DNA of 63,940 nucleotides, filler included, from Hyphochytrium catenoides (lineage: Eukaryota > Protista > Hyphochytriomycota), in assembly GCA_900088475.1 (NCBI GenBank). It is 4 parts of 4 records of this genome, joined end to end, with 100 filler letters (N's around TTAATTAATTAA, not from the genome) between each part and the next. Parts side by side here need not be neighbours in the genome. Positions count along the whole stretch, not along the records: positions 1 to 27,683 come from FLMG01003413.1; 3 more parts are not named here. One strand, given 5' to 3'. Every line of letters begins with the position of its first letter. Within the stretch, counting starts at the first letter, position 1. Positions 1 to 12,717 of this stretch are shown here, piece after piece. The notes under the pieces were generated by a model. That model was given only the letters and a program-made list of their open reading frames with translations, had not been told where the DNA came from and searched no databases. Made by a program: the position numbers and the translations under genes.

Positions 1-6
1 TAATAT

Positions 7-3000
7 TCAAACTTTGAAACAAAATCGTATGTTCTACTATAGCTGCTGGAAACCATAGGCCGCACGTTGCGCGGCAAGAAGCACGCCGCCATTCGGCTGC
101 AGCTGGACCTCATCGTCGATACTTGAGCTCCTCCGGCGAGTTGGAGATGCCTGTAGCAAATAAGACAATTCAGCTCCTTTGTTCATTCCAATAAAGCCTA
201 CACAAACTTACCGCAGATGTGGCTGATTCTGCGGTCGGGACAGTATCATAGGATGTAGCCGAAGGGCCGTAGTGTCGGTCTGGCCTTTCCGGGATTGGAG
301 GCACTACCAGTGCACGGGGAGCCAGGGAGACGCTCGAAGTGACAGGAGCTGCCTGCACGCGCCCATTCGTCTCCTGTAATGGTGCCGCCTTGCTTCGGGA
401 AGACTTCAGCAAGTGATCTGCCCGTAAGAAAGCTGTAAAAGAAGAGAGCCGAGGAATAGTTGACTTAAATACTTCACAGCGGAGACAATAAGCAATGGAC
501 CACTGCATTTACCGCGTGCATTGCTTGGGGTGGTACTCATCGCCGAAGCGGACGAAAAAGGGCGGAGAGTCAGCTCTTGCTCCATCATAGCATTCTCATG
601 CGCTGAATCCAAGCTTGGTCTGCTCGTCCGACTCTGCCCATCTGCTCCAGCCTCCTCCGCAGATTGCTGGCCACCTAAGCCCAGCTCAAGCACGAAACGA
701 CTAGCGTCCCACCCATGCACTGTAAGACCACGGAGCTTTCATTAACTGAACTTGGGTCTCGACTCAGCCTATGGTGACAGCTAGAAATACCTGCAATGTC
801 ACGAGCATGCTCTCTGGAGACGAGGGCCAACTGTGTCACAACGTGTGATATGGAAACCTGGGGATGAATCACAAGGACCTCCTCGCTGAGAAGCTCTGTA
901 GCTAGTTCTTGGTCTTCCACCACAGCTATCAAGCGGGGGCACTTTGAACCAAAGACCTTCTTGATATTTCGAGTAACTTTGGAGCTTTCCTCACCCCCAA
1001 TGGTGAAGATGACGACGTCAGTTTCCTTGGTGATAGCAGCTCTACGGTCCAAAGCGGCGTCAATCTCCCCGGACTCCTGCTGTTCCTCCCCTACGACGAC
1101 AAGGAGTCAGAACATAGAGAAAGAGAGGTAATTCATGACAAAGGTGGGTGGATGTACCCTTACTCAGTATGGGTTCCTTGGTTAGCTTCCTCTTCTTTTT
1201 AGGGTCTGGGGAGTCGTCCAGAAGATGACTAGCAACTCGCACAGATGTCTCTGTCGCCCCTAGATCTTCACAGAGGACTTCCCACTCGTCTTGAGAGATG
1301 CTGGGCACCTTGCAAATTGTGACATGAATGCCAATTGCGGTCAAGTGCTTGACCACAGCCCCGACCACATGGCCACCTAACGACAGACTTAGTCACCGGT
1401 AGCCTTTGTATACGTCATATGGCCTTTACCTCCCACCACAACAGCCTCCTTCGCTCTCCATGGTTTGACAAAGACAGGCTCCTGTGCTTCTCCACTCTTT
1501 CTTAGACCTAAATATAGAATTGATGGGTAGATGCTCGACGTAAAACAACGATGACACCTCCTACCTACGAGACAGAGGATGGGCCCAATGACTTGATTGA
1601 TTATAACGACAGAGGTCACCGCCGATGCGAAGCTCTGGCCCCATGCCTCCTCTACATGGCTCCCCACCTCGTTTGCCAAACCCAAAGCGACACCAGCTTG
1701 TGACTGCAATGTCAACCACAAATACCTATTGGCCGTGAGTTCCAAGTAGATAGCTGCGCATGAAGCCCAACCTCCAACTTACTTATAAGATGTTTCTGGC
1801 AGCTTTGCAATATATTTCCCTGACACATAGGAACCCACAAAAATGGCACCAAGCCTCGACAGAACCACGAAAATGGATACATGCAGCGTAGTCAGGACCT
1901 TGTCAATATGTAGCGCTGCCCCGGTCATAGAGAAGAAGGGCAGGAAGATGAAGGGAGCTGTGGCATCCAAAATGACGTGCGCATCTTTCCTGTAAGCAAG
2001 CACTCAGTAACGACTAGAGCATATAAGTAAATTCTATAGATGATACCTTAATTCTTCGCGGTGACCCGCCAAGCACGACGCTATCATGCACACCAGAAGT
2101 GGCTCCATAGCGATTGCCTTTTCACTACCAAAGTTCTCGACTGTTACTTGGTATACCCAGTCCGAGAACAGGAAAAACGTGAATCCTGAACATCAAGAAT
2201 AAGCCCTCCTCCATAATTTCAGATTTAGCGTAACAGATTACCTGAAAAAAGCCATAGCGCTCCTTTAACGTACGTACTGCTGAGGGCGCGCAGCCTGGGG
2301 TGCAGATCCGGGGTCGACAGGACCGCTGCTCTCAGGAGTTTACGTTAGGAGTAGTAGTTATCCCTGCAATAGATCAATAACGTACCTATGATAACGTATC
2401 CAAAGCACAAGCCGATGACTATGTCCACCAGAATGACTGCAAAGGAGATGAAGACGGTAGATAGAGGAGAGCCGTCTGCTTCATCACTTCCGCATGCTTC
2501 AACCAGCACAGCCCATTAGCTCTTAGCAGCTCTTGACAAACAACTTAGGTGTCGTTATGTACCTGTAAGTGCGCCGATCCTGACCACAGAAAAGACAAGT
2601 AGGACCATAATGTCCGACATCATGGTGACTCCAAGCAGTAAATTCGTGAACTGGCCCTGGGCTCGAACTTGGCTCACCACTGCCAATGCTGATGCCGGAG
2701 ACCGCGCTATCGAAATGGCTCCAAACAACGAAGCGATGGAGGCGCGACATTGATTATCCTCTCCAGCTGACACCAAAAGTTCAAAGTCAGCTAATGGAAC
2801 AAGTTAAGCATGGCCATCCTCCAGATGCTTTACCGAAGAAAAATATGGGCGAGAAGAAGTAGACCGCGCCAGTGACAATTAGCATCGTAGCAACCATAAC
2901 ACCTATCATTTGCTGGTTGATACTCCATAACTGCATCTTCATGCTTGGCAAATATATTTCCTGCACGAGTGACAGAGGCAGTTATACAAAAGCGTTGAAT

Positions 3001-3495
3001 GGAGATAAGGAGAGAGCTGCAGACCTGGCCTGCTTGAAATGCAATGAAGGAGAGTGCAAACCGTAGTACAATGGGTCCAAGACGATGGACGGAGTCTTCG
3101 TTTATGCAGTTTGAAACATATGGTCCCGCTAGTATGCCAATAACAAGATACCCGGTAATTAGCGGCACTCTGCATGTCAAGAGGTCAGTTAGGACAGAGC
3201 ACATCAAATCAAAAGCTACAACTTAGGTACCGAAGGTACTTCGGGAACATTGCACCAAGAGGCCAGGCAGCAATAGAGATAAGCCCAAAGGCTACAATGT
3301 CCTTTAGCAAAGCTCCGAAAGCATCGAAGTGTGTAAAGCTCTCTGCATCGTTTGTATATAGGTTAGACGAGCAAGCCTCACAAAAGCTGCTTTTCAGTTA
3401 TGGCACCTACCAAAGAACATAGCCGAAGGAGTAGCAGATGCTTGGCCGAAGAAGGTCAGCATTAGTAGCAAAGCTGACATGATAGACTGCGCCAT
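7..3495 (-). CDS. Multi-exon cation/H+ antiporter (CPA2/Kef-like Na+/H+ exchanger) with C-terminal TrkA-N/RCK-like region and disordered tail
   Basis: Exons encode PLITGYLVIGILAGPY, AISIARSPASALAVV, FFSMTGAALHI, SQAGVALGLA and VIINQVIGP, typical CPA transmembrane motifs. AVVVGGGHVVGAVVKHL and AAITKETDVVIFT resemble TrkA-N. ATG at 3495 is followed by a hydrophobic N-terminus; the last exon reads to TGA at 7-9. Confidence 0.8.
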
Positions 3496-4770
3496 CGCGC
3501 CGTCAAATGGTTCCTATCAACTGATAATTGAACCAGCTCACGTTCAGCAAAAGTGAGGTAGCAAACTAAGATTACCCAGGGCAAGACAAATGGTTCCAGC
3601 CCACTATCGAGGCGGATGTTGTCCTATACGATACTCTTCAGCCAAGCTGAACAGCCTGGCATCTGAGCCGATTCTTCTGTGCGAGGCTTGTAACTGGTAG
3701 TTCTCTAAGCCCATCCCTGAGCCATTAACAAGGTGTGCTCGCCCAAAAAACAGTCCTTTGGAGTGAACAGAAAACTGCTCATCAAGACCCTCCTAGCTCT
3801 AATCTACAGCTCTGGCACTGTCCAACTCAAATATCTTCATCCTGCGGCGCAGGGAAAGCAAGCTCTCTTTTTATCAAACTCGTCGCCAACCTCGTCGCTA
3901 ATGTCTGCCAATAATTGCACGATAGAGCTCAAACCTTGGCAACTAACTTCCTGCAAACATTACCGTAACTCCACTCATCAGCCTTCAGAAGCGTTTGTTG
4001 CTTGTGTGCATTTCCAGGCGCCTACCCACCCGATCGTCCGATGACATAGCCGCCCTCAACTGAACCCTCACACCTATCTAACCTCCTCTCTGTCTCTTGC
4101 GTCATGCCTGCAGCTCTACGGTTATTTCTGTTCTCTTTGTCTCTTTGTCTGACGCACTTGTCTCTCCCTCTCTCTCTGCCTTTTCTCCATTCAGCCCATC
4201 ATTCACTCCTCTCTCTTTGGGAGCAAGAGCTCATAAACTGGCTCTTTCTCCCCCGTCCACCTCTCCTCTTCCCTATTCCCTAGCAACGAAACGGCGCTGT
4301 AGAGCACAACAGGAAATCCTTTATTTATGGGTTTATAGGGCACCCCGGATCTACAGTGTACATAGGGACTATACAATGCCGCTGATAAGCAATGCGCAAT
4401 GACCCCCCAAGCTGTCTCTGTCGGCGAAGAGAACCCCACAAGGAAGGAAAGGCTCAAAGGGGCTCATGGTGAAGCAAGGGCTTTTCATCCGTCTTCATGG
4501 CGGTCTTCGCAGCATTGACGATCCATTTGTTCTAACAATTTGCCGGGGGCGAAATTGGCGGCTTCCTTTGCCTCTTCTCTGGAGTCGGAACTTTGGATGA
4601 AGAGCTTGCTTCACCCAAGCTTCTGAGCTAGCTTCATAGCGCATAGATAGCAAGTAAGTGCCTCATAGATGTGTGCCAGCATTGTACCTAGCTTCCGGAG
4701 GCCAGCATCGGCTTCACGCTCACACTGTGACCATTGCGTCAGTCTCATACTCGTTGTGAAGCTTTTTGGC

Positions 4771-6228
4771 TCAATAAATATCATCGACAGCAGCACTCTC
4801 AGAAGCTTCGTGAGCTGGTAATGCTGCTCCCCGATCGAAGTCTGGACCCGCGTTTGGTGGCTGTTTAATAGGATCAGAACCGCTCGAAAAGGAAGGCATA
4901 AGCTCCTTGGCTTTTGGAGGAGGAAACTCACGAAACCATTCGTGGTCTAAGGCTTCTGCGGCACTGAGTCGCTGGTTAGGATCGAGGGCGAGGAGCCTGT
5001 TTAGTAGATCGAAACCTGTGTTGGACAGGAAGATGCCTCCCGTAAATGAGGTCAGGGGAAACTTCTCGCGCAGTTTGCTGTGCTTTTGTGCCTTCCACTT
5101 CACGTTAGAGGCGTTCGGAAGCGATGAGTACCCAGGCCAAGTCTCCTCAGATGGGGCTCCCAGGAGCTTGAAAATCATATCGAGGGCTTCTATCTCACCC
5201 CTTGCGGGAAAAAGTGGCGACCTCGTAAGGAACTCTGCCATAATGCAGCCGACGGACCACATGTCCGCAGCGGTAGAATAGGTCTTGGCGCCCAGTAAAA
5301 GCTCCGGACATCGATACCAGAGCGTGACGACGTTGTGAGTATAAGATCTGATAGGGTCTCCATACTTTCTCGCCAGACCGAAGTCACAGACAGAAAGTCT
5401 ACCGCCTGCTGAGTACAAAAGATTGCTCGTCTTGAGATCTCTGTGAATATACCAATTCTCATGCATGAAGTTGACAGCTGATAAAAGCTGCACCATGAGA
5501 CACTTGACCTAGAAGTTAACCACGGTTACATTCCGTGAGTAGTTCCTGTTTCTTGGGATGCGATCACTTACCTCTGCATGTGAAAAGGGCTGCTTCATTT
5601 TGGTTTCCATGACTGACTTGATGTCGCTGTCGGCAAAGTCCATTACCATAAATATCTTGTCGAACGAGGAGCCCACCACCATCTCTCTCACATTGATGAT
5701 GTTCGGATGCTTCAGTGCTATCAGAATGTTGGTTTCCCGCAGCGCAGTGATAGGGAAACCTTCCCTACAGGAGTCTCTTGTCATCTTGACCTGCTTGAGG
5801 GCTACAATGTCTCCCGTCTCTTTATCTCTTGCCTTGAAAACCACCCCGTAAGTGCCTTCATCAATTTTTCCTAGCCTACTGTACGAGTCCACACTACGAC
5901 AACCAAAAAGTAGAGGGTTATGTGTAGGAGTACTGCCACTCTCTTCCTGTGATGGTTCAGAAGTAGCGGCTTGCCCCTGCGTAGTTGCCTCCGTATCTGT
6001 TTCAACCTTGGGCACGTCAACGGGGCCAAGACCCACTTCCGCAGGGGGTTCCTCATTCAAAGATTCCGTCGGTGGGCTGCTTTTCGCCGTGGGAAGTTGT
6101 CCCTGCCTACTTTTCTTTTCATTAGGGGTATCCGATCCCGACCCTTCGTCCGAGCTCTCCCATCGGGTTCTTTTTTGTTTCTTTTTCATTGCTCTGGAGG
6201 GCCTTTCGTCCATGCCTCTCGCTTCCAT
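4771..6228 (-). CDS. CDK11: Cyclin-dependent kinase, CDK11/PITSLRE family
   Basis: [61 protein letters not shown], and C-terminal [17 protein letters not shown]. One intron at about 5509-5571. An extra upstream exon is possible. Confidence 0.9.
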
Positions 6229-6985
6229 CTACAATACCTCTGCCCTTCAACCTTGGCTTCAAAAATAGAGTACACTCTCACAGACCTCTCCAGGATGTTT
6301 CCTCAACAAAGGTTGACAAACCAATGCGGCTGGAGAGTAGGAAGTCCCCGGGGCCACATTAGGAAAGTATCATTCCGGTGGGCTGTTGGCTTTTCGGAGT
6401 ATCGTGAGGGCAAGACCTTTACCCTTTACCTGGCTGGAAGCAGCAGCGCTGAAGGGTTTGCTGGAGGTGTCAATAATCTTCAGAGCTTCACGGGATGTTG
6501 TGGAGGAAACTCGCTTCACAGCAGCTGGTTGTCCAGATCTCCAGAATAGAAAGGCCGTACGTGTACGTGCGAGCTGTATCGGTAGAAGCAGTTGTAGCTG
6601 CAAATCGTAACAAGTGCCTATCCTCAATCCGAGATCTATGCCCAAACATTATTTAGAACATGATTGACTCTGTTCATGATAACCATACAGCCCCAAAGGG
6701 TACACATTGTCAGTTTCTCAAATTTGTTAGTGGGACCTGTTCCAGCTCTTGGCTCTTGGAGCTCTTCACCTGCTCAGCTCCTCAGCTCCTTCAGCTCAGT
6801 GCTGTATTATCATTGAAGATTTATCCAAGCAGAAGGAGTGCAATTCCATGCCGTCCTGGACTGCAGATTTGAGAGTACAAGGCATGATGAAGCTTCACTA
6901 GCAACCATCGCAACCGTACTTAGGACTGGGCTTGGCTTGAGTGTGACTCTTCTCGTACACCTTCCAGAATTTATAACGTGAAACA

Positions 6986-8325
6986 ATGGCTTCTTCGCTC
7001 AGGAGAGCGGCCACTAGCTCAAAAAAGGCTCCAAGCGTAAGCGCTCTTCTTGTCATCATTGTACTGACCACCACTCTGCTTCTGACCTTTAAGTTTCTCC
7101 CCAGATATACGACAAGAAAATACCAAAGAATCCGAAATATGATGGAGTCCAGAGCAGAATTGACACTGGCTCTTCTGTCACTAAGGTTACGACGCTAAGT
7201 AAGACCCACTTCTTCGACGACCATCTCTTTTTCAGATTGCCAGCAACTTACGTACCCTTCTCATTGTCGGCTTAGCGAATAGAGAATACCTCAAAAGGAG
7301 GGACGAAATCTTTTACCGGATCGAGCCCATGATGCTAATGGAGCTGTTGGAGGAATATCGTCATAGCAGAACTCAGAAGGCAGATGTTGAGCGTTATCCG
7401 GAAGAGTCAGACACAATTAGTGTGAAGATTGTCACATATGCGGCTGACGAGAAGGAGCAAAGTGAGCAACCCTATCTGATTCTGGACGTAAGAGAAAAAG
7501 AAGAGCACAGTGTCTGCAGGATACCAGAAGGTAAATTCTTCCTAGCCTGCGTAGATCTGCAGCACGTAACTTACGTAACTTCGAATGCATAGCGAAGCTC
7601 TTTCCTGTGCGATATATTAACCAAGACAGAATAACTGCAGATATCTTTGGCTTTGTAAGTTTTGTTTATAGGCATACCTGGGGCCTGTCTAACTTAGTGG
7701 CCCGTAGAAAAACAAAGCCAACACTTTGATCATTCTCTACTGTGAAGATGAGAAGATATCCTCGGCAGCTGCAGCGTCCATGGTGCATAAAGGCTTTGAC
7801 AATATATACTTGCTATCTGGAGGTATGATTACACTATAAGTACAGTCATGCCTTTTCTGACGCCTAAAGACACCTTTTGCTTTGCCCAGGTATCCGAAGC
7901 TTCTCCGAGAAGTGTCCCTTCTATGTAGAAGGCGAGCTTCCCCCTCGCCCATCCACGACAGCCTCTAGGAAGAGCACGACACCTTCAATCGTTAGGACGC
8001 CTGCAGACCGAAGTAAGTCTACCTCTAGGGGAAGAGCCACACCAACCGGCTCTCGAAGATCGTCAAGATCAGGTATGTTTGTATTGAGAAGTTGGATCAC
8101 TCCCTCCCACCGTTGTCAGATGGCTGAGATAGTGATTACTCAGGGTTGACCTCCAAGAACCTGGCGCGGTTGGATGAAGATCAGGAAGTCAACTTAGGGA
8201 GGGGAACCAAAAGCCGCATGCGAGTTGATGATGACGTTAATTCTCTCGCTGACTCCGTTGCCACCCGAGTATCGGTGGCCGAATCCGTCATATCCCGGGC
8301 AACGGCTCGAAAGACCAAATATTAA
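6986..8325 (+). CDS. CEP41: Centrosomal/ciliary rhodanese-like domain protein (CEP41 family)
   Basis: Spliced exons give KKIPKNPKYDGVQSRIDTGSSVTK...KRRDEIFYRI...PYLILDVREKEEHSVCRI...LIILYCEDEK...KGFDNIYLLSGG, matching the CEP41 N-terminal motif plus rhodanese fold. TAA at 8323-8325. Confidence 0.8.
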
Positions 8326-8451
8326 CACTAAATAACACTAACATAGCACCCAAAACGTGCTTCTAACTGGCATAGCAATACTGCTTACAGGTAGATGTCA
8401 GGGCGCGAGGGATAAAGTGTTCTAAACAACGGGGAAGTAGGGTCTACACTA

Positions 8452-10336
8452 TTAGCCCGCCTTGAAGTCTTTCTTTCTTCTCCAGGTTGAAAAGGAATGC
8501 GCCCAAGGCACCGAAGTACCCCTCATGCTTGAAAAACTGGGCTTGGAAAGCTCCTCCTGACCAGTAATTAATAGCAAAAGCTGCAGTCTTGTTAGACACC
8601 TGCGAAATAAGCGTGGTCAGCTAAGTACAAGAGATTAGTCCAATATCGACATACATTGTTGTGTCTCATAAAGTTGCCCACAAAGAATATCCTTTTTGTT
8701 CCGTGCTTCACAGCGTTCAAGTAGGCAAGCTGTAAAATGCAGGATGATGATGGTTACAAGGTTTATCGTAAAAGACCCCAGTCATACCCCACCTGAGTGA
8801 TATGGAAGGTTACCATGTACAGCAGTGCTCGTGCGATGTCGGCTTCCGTAAAGCCCGCATTTCGGAGGTCGGGCTTAAATGCCTGCCCGCCACGATCGCC
8901 ATGAAAATTCATTCAAGGGATTCACAAAATGCACACTTACGAGTTTGCCGAAGCTACTGGCGAGAGTGTTGGCAGTTAGGTTGAAGCGATCGTATCCTCG
9001 GCCGTAGATATCCTCTACCATCATGTCAACTGCCGCATTGTTCCCGGTCTCGGCAAGCTGAAGGACCTCATCAAAGCTCTTACACTTAGTTAGGAGTCGA
9101 CAAAGGCCCCAATACGTGCCTGCAGCGACAGAAGACCAACGTGGATATTAGTTGAGACGCACAATGAAGAATTGTTGTCTGGGAACATACCTCCACCGAT
9201 ACTCGTCCCACTCACTCGCTGATAAGAAGTTGGCCCGTCGACCTTCAGGATGCTGACGCCTGACCCAATGTTGACAAGCTGTGATACTATTTAAGACTCA
9301 TCTTTGAGCTTGGCAGTCAAACGGTTTAAGGCGCATTACCAGAAACGGATAAAAGTCCTTGTAGGTTTCGGGCGAGGGACATGTCACTCTCTCACTATCG
9401 AGGGTTTGAATGTCGACGTTCTGCAGCAGATCTATGGTCATTTCTCCACGTCGCCATCCTTACATGTGGGTTTAGAATTCTTTCTACCTTAAAGGTGTAT
9501 AGCTCCTCGTTGACGTACTTTAGCAGAAAGTGAACGCCCTTCAGCAAGCAACTGAGCTCATCAAACTTGTCAAAGTTTATACCGGTACGGTTCTTGAAGG
9601 CCTCTTCGTACTGTCGCAAAGGGCGAGGTGAGGTCATTTAGTTCAAACGGAAATGAAGTATACTTCCAGACCTTGTGGGCTCCACCTCCAGTGCACGCCA
9701 TGTTAATTATCTTCTGATGCATCCCAGTGTGAGCTATCAGGTCCAAGGAGACGTCAAGAAAGCGTGTCTCGTACTTCATGAAGTGGATAGTCTGCGAGAT
9801 AGCACTATTACTTGGCGGTCTTTACTCTAAATCAAAACATGTTCTTACCCCTCCCAACAAATCGGTCTTGATGGCTAGCGAGGTGTCTCTAAAACTCGAA
9901 TTCTGATCGGTAAGGAAAGCGGTCATCTCTTCTGCAGCAAGTACATAGGAGGACGCCCTAGGCCGTCGAAGGAACTTCGTATCATACTGGTGCTCGAAAT
10001 AGACCAGTTTACAAAGCGTCCCGCCGATATCAGCCCCAAAACACTGTCCAAGATCCGACCTAGACTTGTCTCGGTCAGGTATCTGTTAGGTTTGTCGCTC
10101 GCATTAACTTACCTGATTGAGATCTGCTTATCCTTGGATCTCTTTCCATCAACTAGCTTCCGGTACTCATTTCTCCGTCTGCGGCTTTTGTCAGAAAGGC
10201 CCAGCCCTAATATCAATCTCAGAACCTTGACCTACCGGCATACGAATAAGACTTCGGCTGCAACGGCCAAGAAAAGTATGGTTGGAGCCACGGCCTCGAC
10301 AGCGACGTTATTGAAGTTGATTCCTAGGATCCCCAT
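8452..10336 (-). CDS. PANK: Type II (eukaryotic, fumble-type) pantothenate kinase
   Basis: FGADIGGTLCKLVYF, CTGGGAHK, LVNIGSGVSILKV, RVSGTSIGGGTYWGL, DMMVEDIYG, LASSFGK, FFVGNFMRHN, HEGYFGALGAF. TAA at 8452-8454. Start inferred at ATG 10336 (MGILGINF...). Confidence 0.9.
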
Positions 10337-10784
10337 AGCAGTCCTGTGCCGAACAGGGCCGTCTACCAAAAATGTCTGGCTGGATTTATCCCCTGCATAC
10401 GTGTGCCTACTCTCTCATGTTATCACGAAGGCAACAGGCGCGAAGAGCTTATGGGCTGGAGGGAGATCAGGTGGCCGCATGAAAGAAAAGCAGCAACGTC
10501 TAACCGTGCTTCTATGGCCGTGAGAGTAGTGGCCGCGTCGTTCGCTCTCTGCACCTTCAATAATAATTTTGCACCCTCAACTAAAGCCTCGGCAAAGGTC
10601 TGTGCAGCATGCTTCAGCAAATCTTTACGAAGAAGGGCAGGCTCTAAGAAATTTTATAAGGCTCCTAGGAAAACGCTGAGAGGAAGAACATTCTGGTCAG
10701 CCAGTTCAATCGCTTGATGCTCTGGACTTTGCCATGTAATAAATCTGTCCCGTAGAGATACCGTTAGCCGCTCAACCGTCTGTG

Positions 10785-12038
10785 ATGTCTTTAAATTTGT
10801 ACGATTTGGAAACAAGCTGCATCAGTCCAGTAGGTCCAGCGGCCAGAGTTTATAATGCCCATCCTCGTCCTCGAAGAGGACCAAGCAGCATACACTCTGC
10901 CTTCTCCGTCAGCGGAATGGAGTCTGTTAACCTAGAGCTGGACGAGAAGGAAAGAGTCATGACTGAGGATGTCCCGATTCTGGTAGACAAGGAGGCTGGC
11001 ATCTGCAATCATGACAGTGAGCCTTCGGCCTTTAGAAGCTGGGTGGTCTCTCTACAGTCTATCACTGAGCCATTCAATGTTGTTGTTAGCTCCACGAACC
11101 CAGTCAAAGTCAACGCCGTCCGGATTGCACTTGCAACAGTAAGTATTACTAATATCGGGGTTAATGCGATAGTCCTAATCTAACAATGGCAAGCAGTGCT
11201 TTCCTGATTGCCGTTTTGAGATAAGTAGTCGGGCTGTTACCAGCGCAGTAAGCGATCAGCCTATGTCGACTGAAGAGACCAAGCAAGGTACGTAACTGGA
11301 GCATCAAAGATCAGAGCGTCGTCACTGATCAGTCCCTTCTCAGGTGCCATTAATAGGGCTCGCAACGGTGCATTAGCCTCTACAAACCAAATGGACAGGG
11401 CAGCACCTCTTCTCTCCATCGGAATAGAGGGAGGGTTAGACTATGAATATCACCCTCTATGCAACGGAGCCGCTGACAAAAGTATGGTCTGCTTTGCCTG
11501 GGTGGCGGTTTACTGCCCTCCACGTGATAAATGGGGTACAGTGCCATTTGAAGTAGTCTTTGTTTAGAGTTAGCCTTGATGGGTGCGACAGGCATTGCAA
11601 GGACAGGTTGCTTTCCTCTCCCTAAAGCACTACAAGAGCTAGTTGAAGGTGAGAAACTGGGACGGGAATCGGGGCTTTTTGGAAGCATTCGAGCCTCTCA
11701 CTAACTGGAGACGTTTAATCTTTCTTCCCGCATACTAGGAGGCACGGAGCTTGGCCATGCTGACGACTTACTGTTCAGGTAGTTGACTGCCCTATCAGCC
11801 ACTTTCTCTTTGCTATAAAATCTTAGATTTTTTTGTTGACGCAGGAGGACCGATTCTAAGACCCAGGGAGGGTAGGTTGCATGTCATGCTGGGGCTTGCG
11901 AAACCCTGACTTGTGCTGTCGTTTGCGTGAAGGACGGTTGGCTATTTGTCCAAGGGCTTGATCAGCCGAACAGACTACTACGTTCACGCCATGATTTTGG
12001 CCTTGACGGTCTTTCTGAATCCTGACCTATATCCATAA
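10785..12038 (+). CDS. yjjX: Non-canonical purine NTP phosphatase (YjjX / ITP-XTP triphosphatase family), multi-exon
   Basis: VVVSSTNPVKVNAV, SAVSDQPMSTEETKQGAINRARN, IGIEGG, ELGHADD, GTVGYLSKGLISRTDYYVHAMILAL. TAA at 12036-12038. About 100-aa N-terminal extension; start codon uncertain. Confidence 0.85.
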
Positions 12039-12327
12039 CACCCCTATGAGGGGCAGGTCATCCCAGAGACTTATGAACCCTTTAAAAGCTTTACTAGTTG
12101 AGCTTTGGGGTTGTTAGGGGATTACAGATGACAGGTACGAGCCGGTAAATGTTCAGAAGAAAATGGCGGCGGACCTGGAGATTCTAGTGTAAGGACGAAT
12201 CGACTATTTATAGAACTTTGTATGCGCTGCGGAGAGTGAGCTTAACCACGCTACTCATCAGGCGAATATATCGGTTTTCAATACCAAGGTGCCTAGCTAC
12301 ATGCTGCTCTCTTCTTTGGTAGAATCC

Positions 12328-12717
12328 TCATATTAACTTGCCTCTAGGAGAATAAAAGGGCTTTTCTGCTTTCTGTCCAGCAAGATACTTGAGACTGAAC
12401 CGGTCCTGAAGCATCTCTGATCCTTCAGAAGGGTTCCGAGCTTGGTGAATCTTACGGGGCCTTGACCCCGTAGTTTTCCGTAGAATTTGGTCACTGACGA
12501 CGAGAAAGGGATTTGAGTTCTTCTCTCCAGCAAGATATGACAGAGAGAATTGGCTTTGCAATGTAACTGGATTGGACTGTAGAGGTGCTTCTGATACTCC
12601 TGTGCTCTGGCATTGCCCCTGCTGAAGGCTGTAATTCAATCGCCTCCCGCTTTGCCGTGGAATTCTCCCTCTGGCAAGCCTCTCCAATGCAGCAACAAAT
12701 CGCTTCGTTGACGCCAT
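12328..12717 (-). CDS. Hypothetical 129-aa intronless protein with a duplicated motif
   Basis: ATG-initiated ORF with two copies of LQxxFSLxYLAGxKxxxPF that match better in protein than in DNA. Basic, Arg-rich N-terminus. Confidence 0.55.
   Translation of the reverse strand: MASTKRFVAALERLARGRIPRQSGRRLNYSLQQGQCQSTGVSEAPLQSNPVTLQSQFSLSYLAGEKNSNPFLVVSDQILRKTTGSRPRKIHQARNPSEGSEMLQDRFSLKYLAGQKAEKPFYSPRGKLI

Noticed and set aside
4468-4773. SECIS element recoding the CDK11 TGA
   Set aside because: The kinase is already complete before the TGA, and the foldback lacks convincing SECIS core geometry.
6340-6420. GGAAGTCCCCGGGCCAC resembles RNase MRP RNA conserved region I
   Set aside because: No downstream GGGGCTYA partner for helix P4 within a plausible distance. 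The GGGGCTCA at about 4459 is upstream, in the wrong order.
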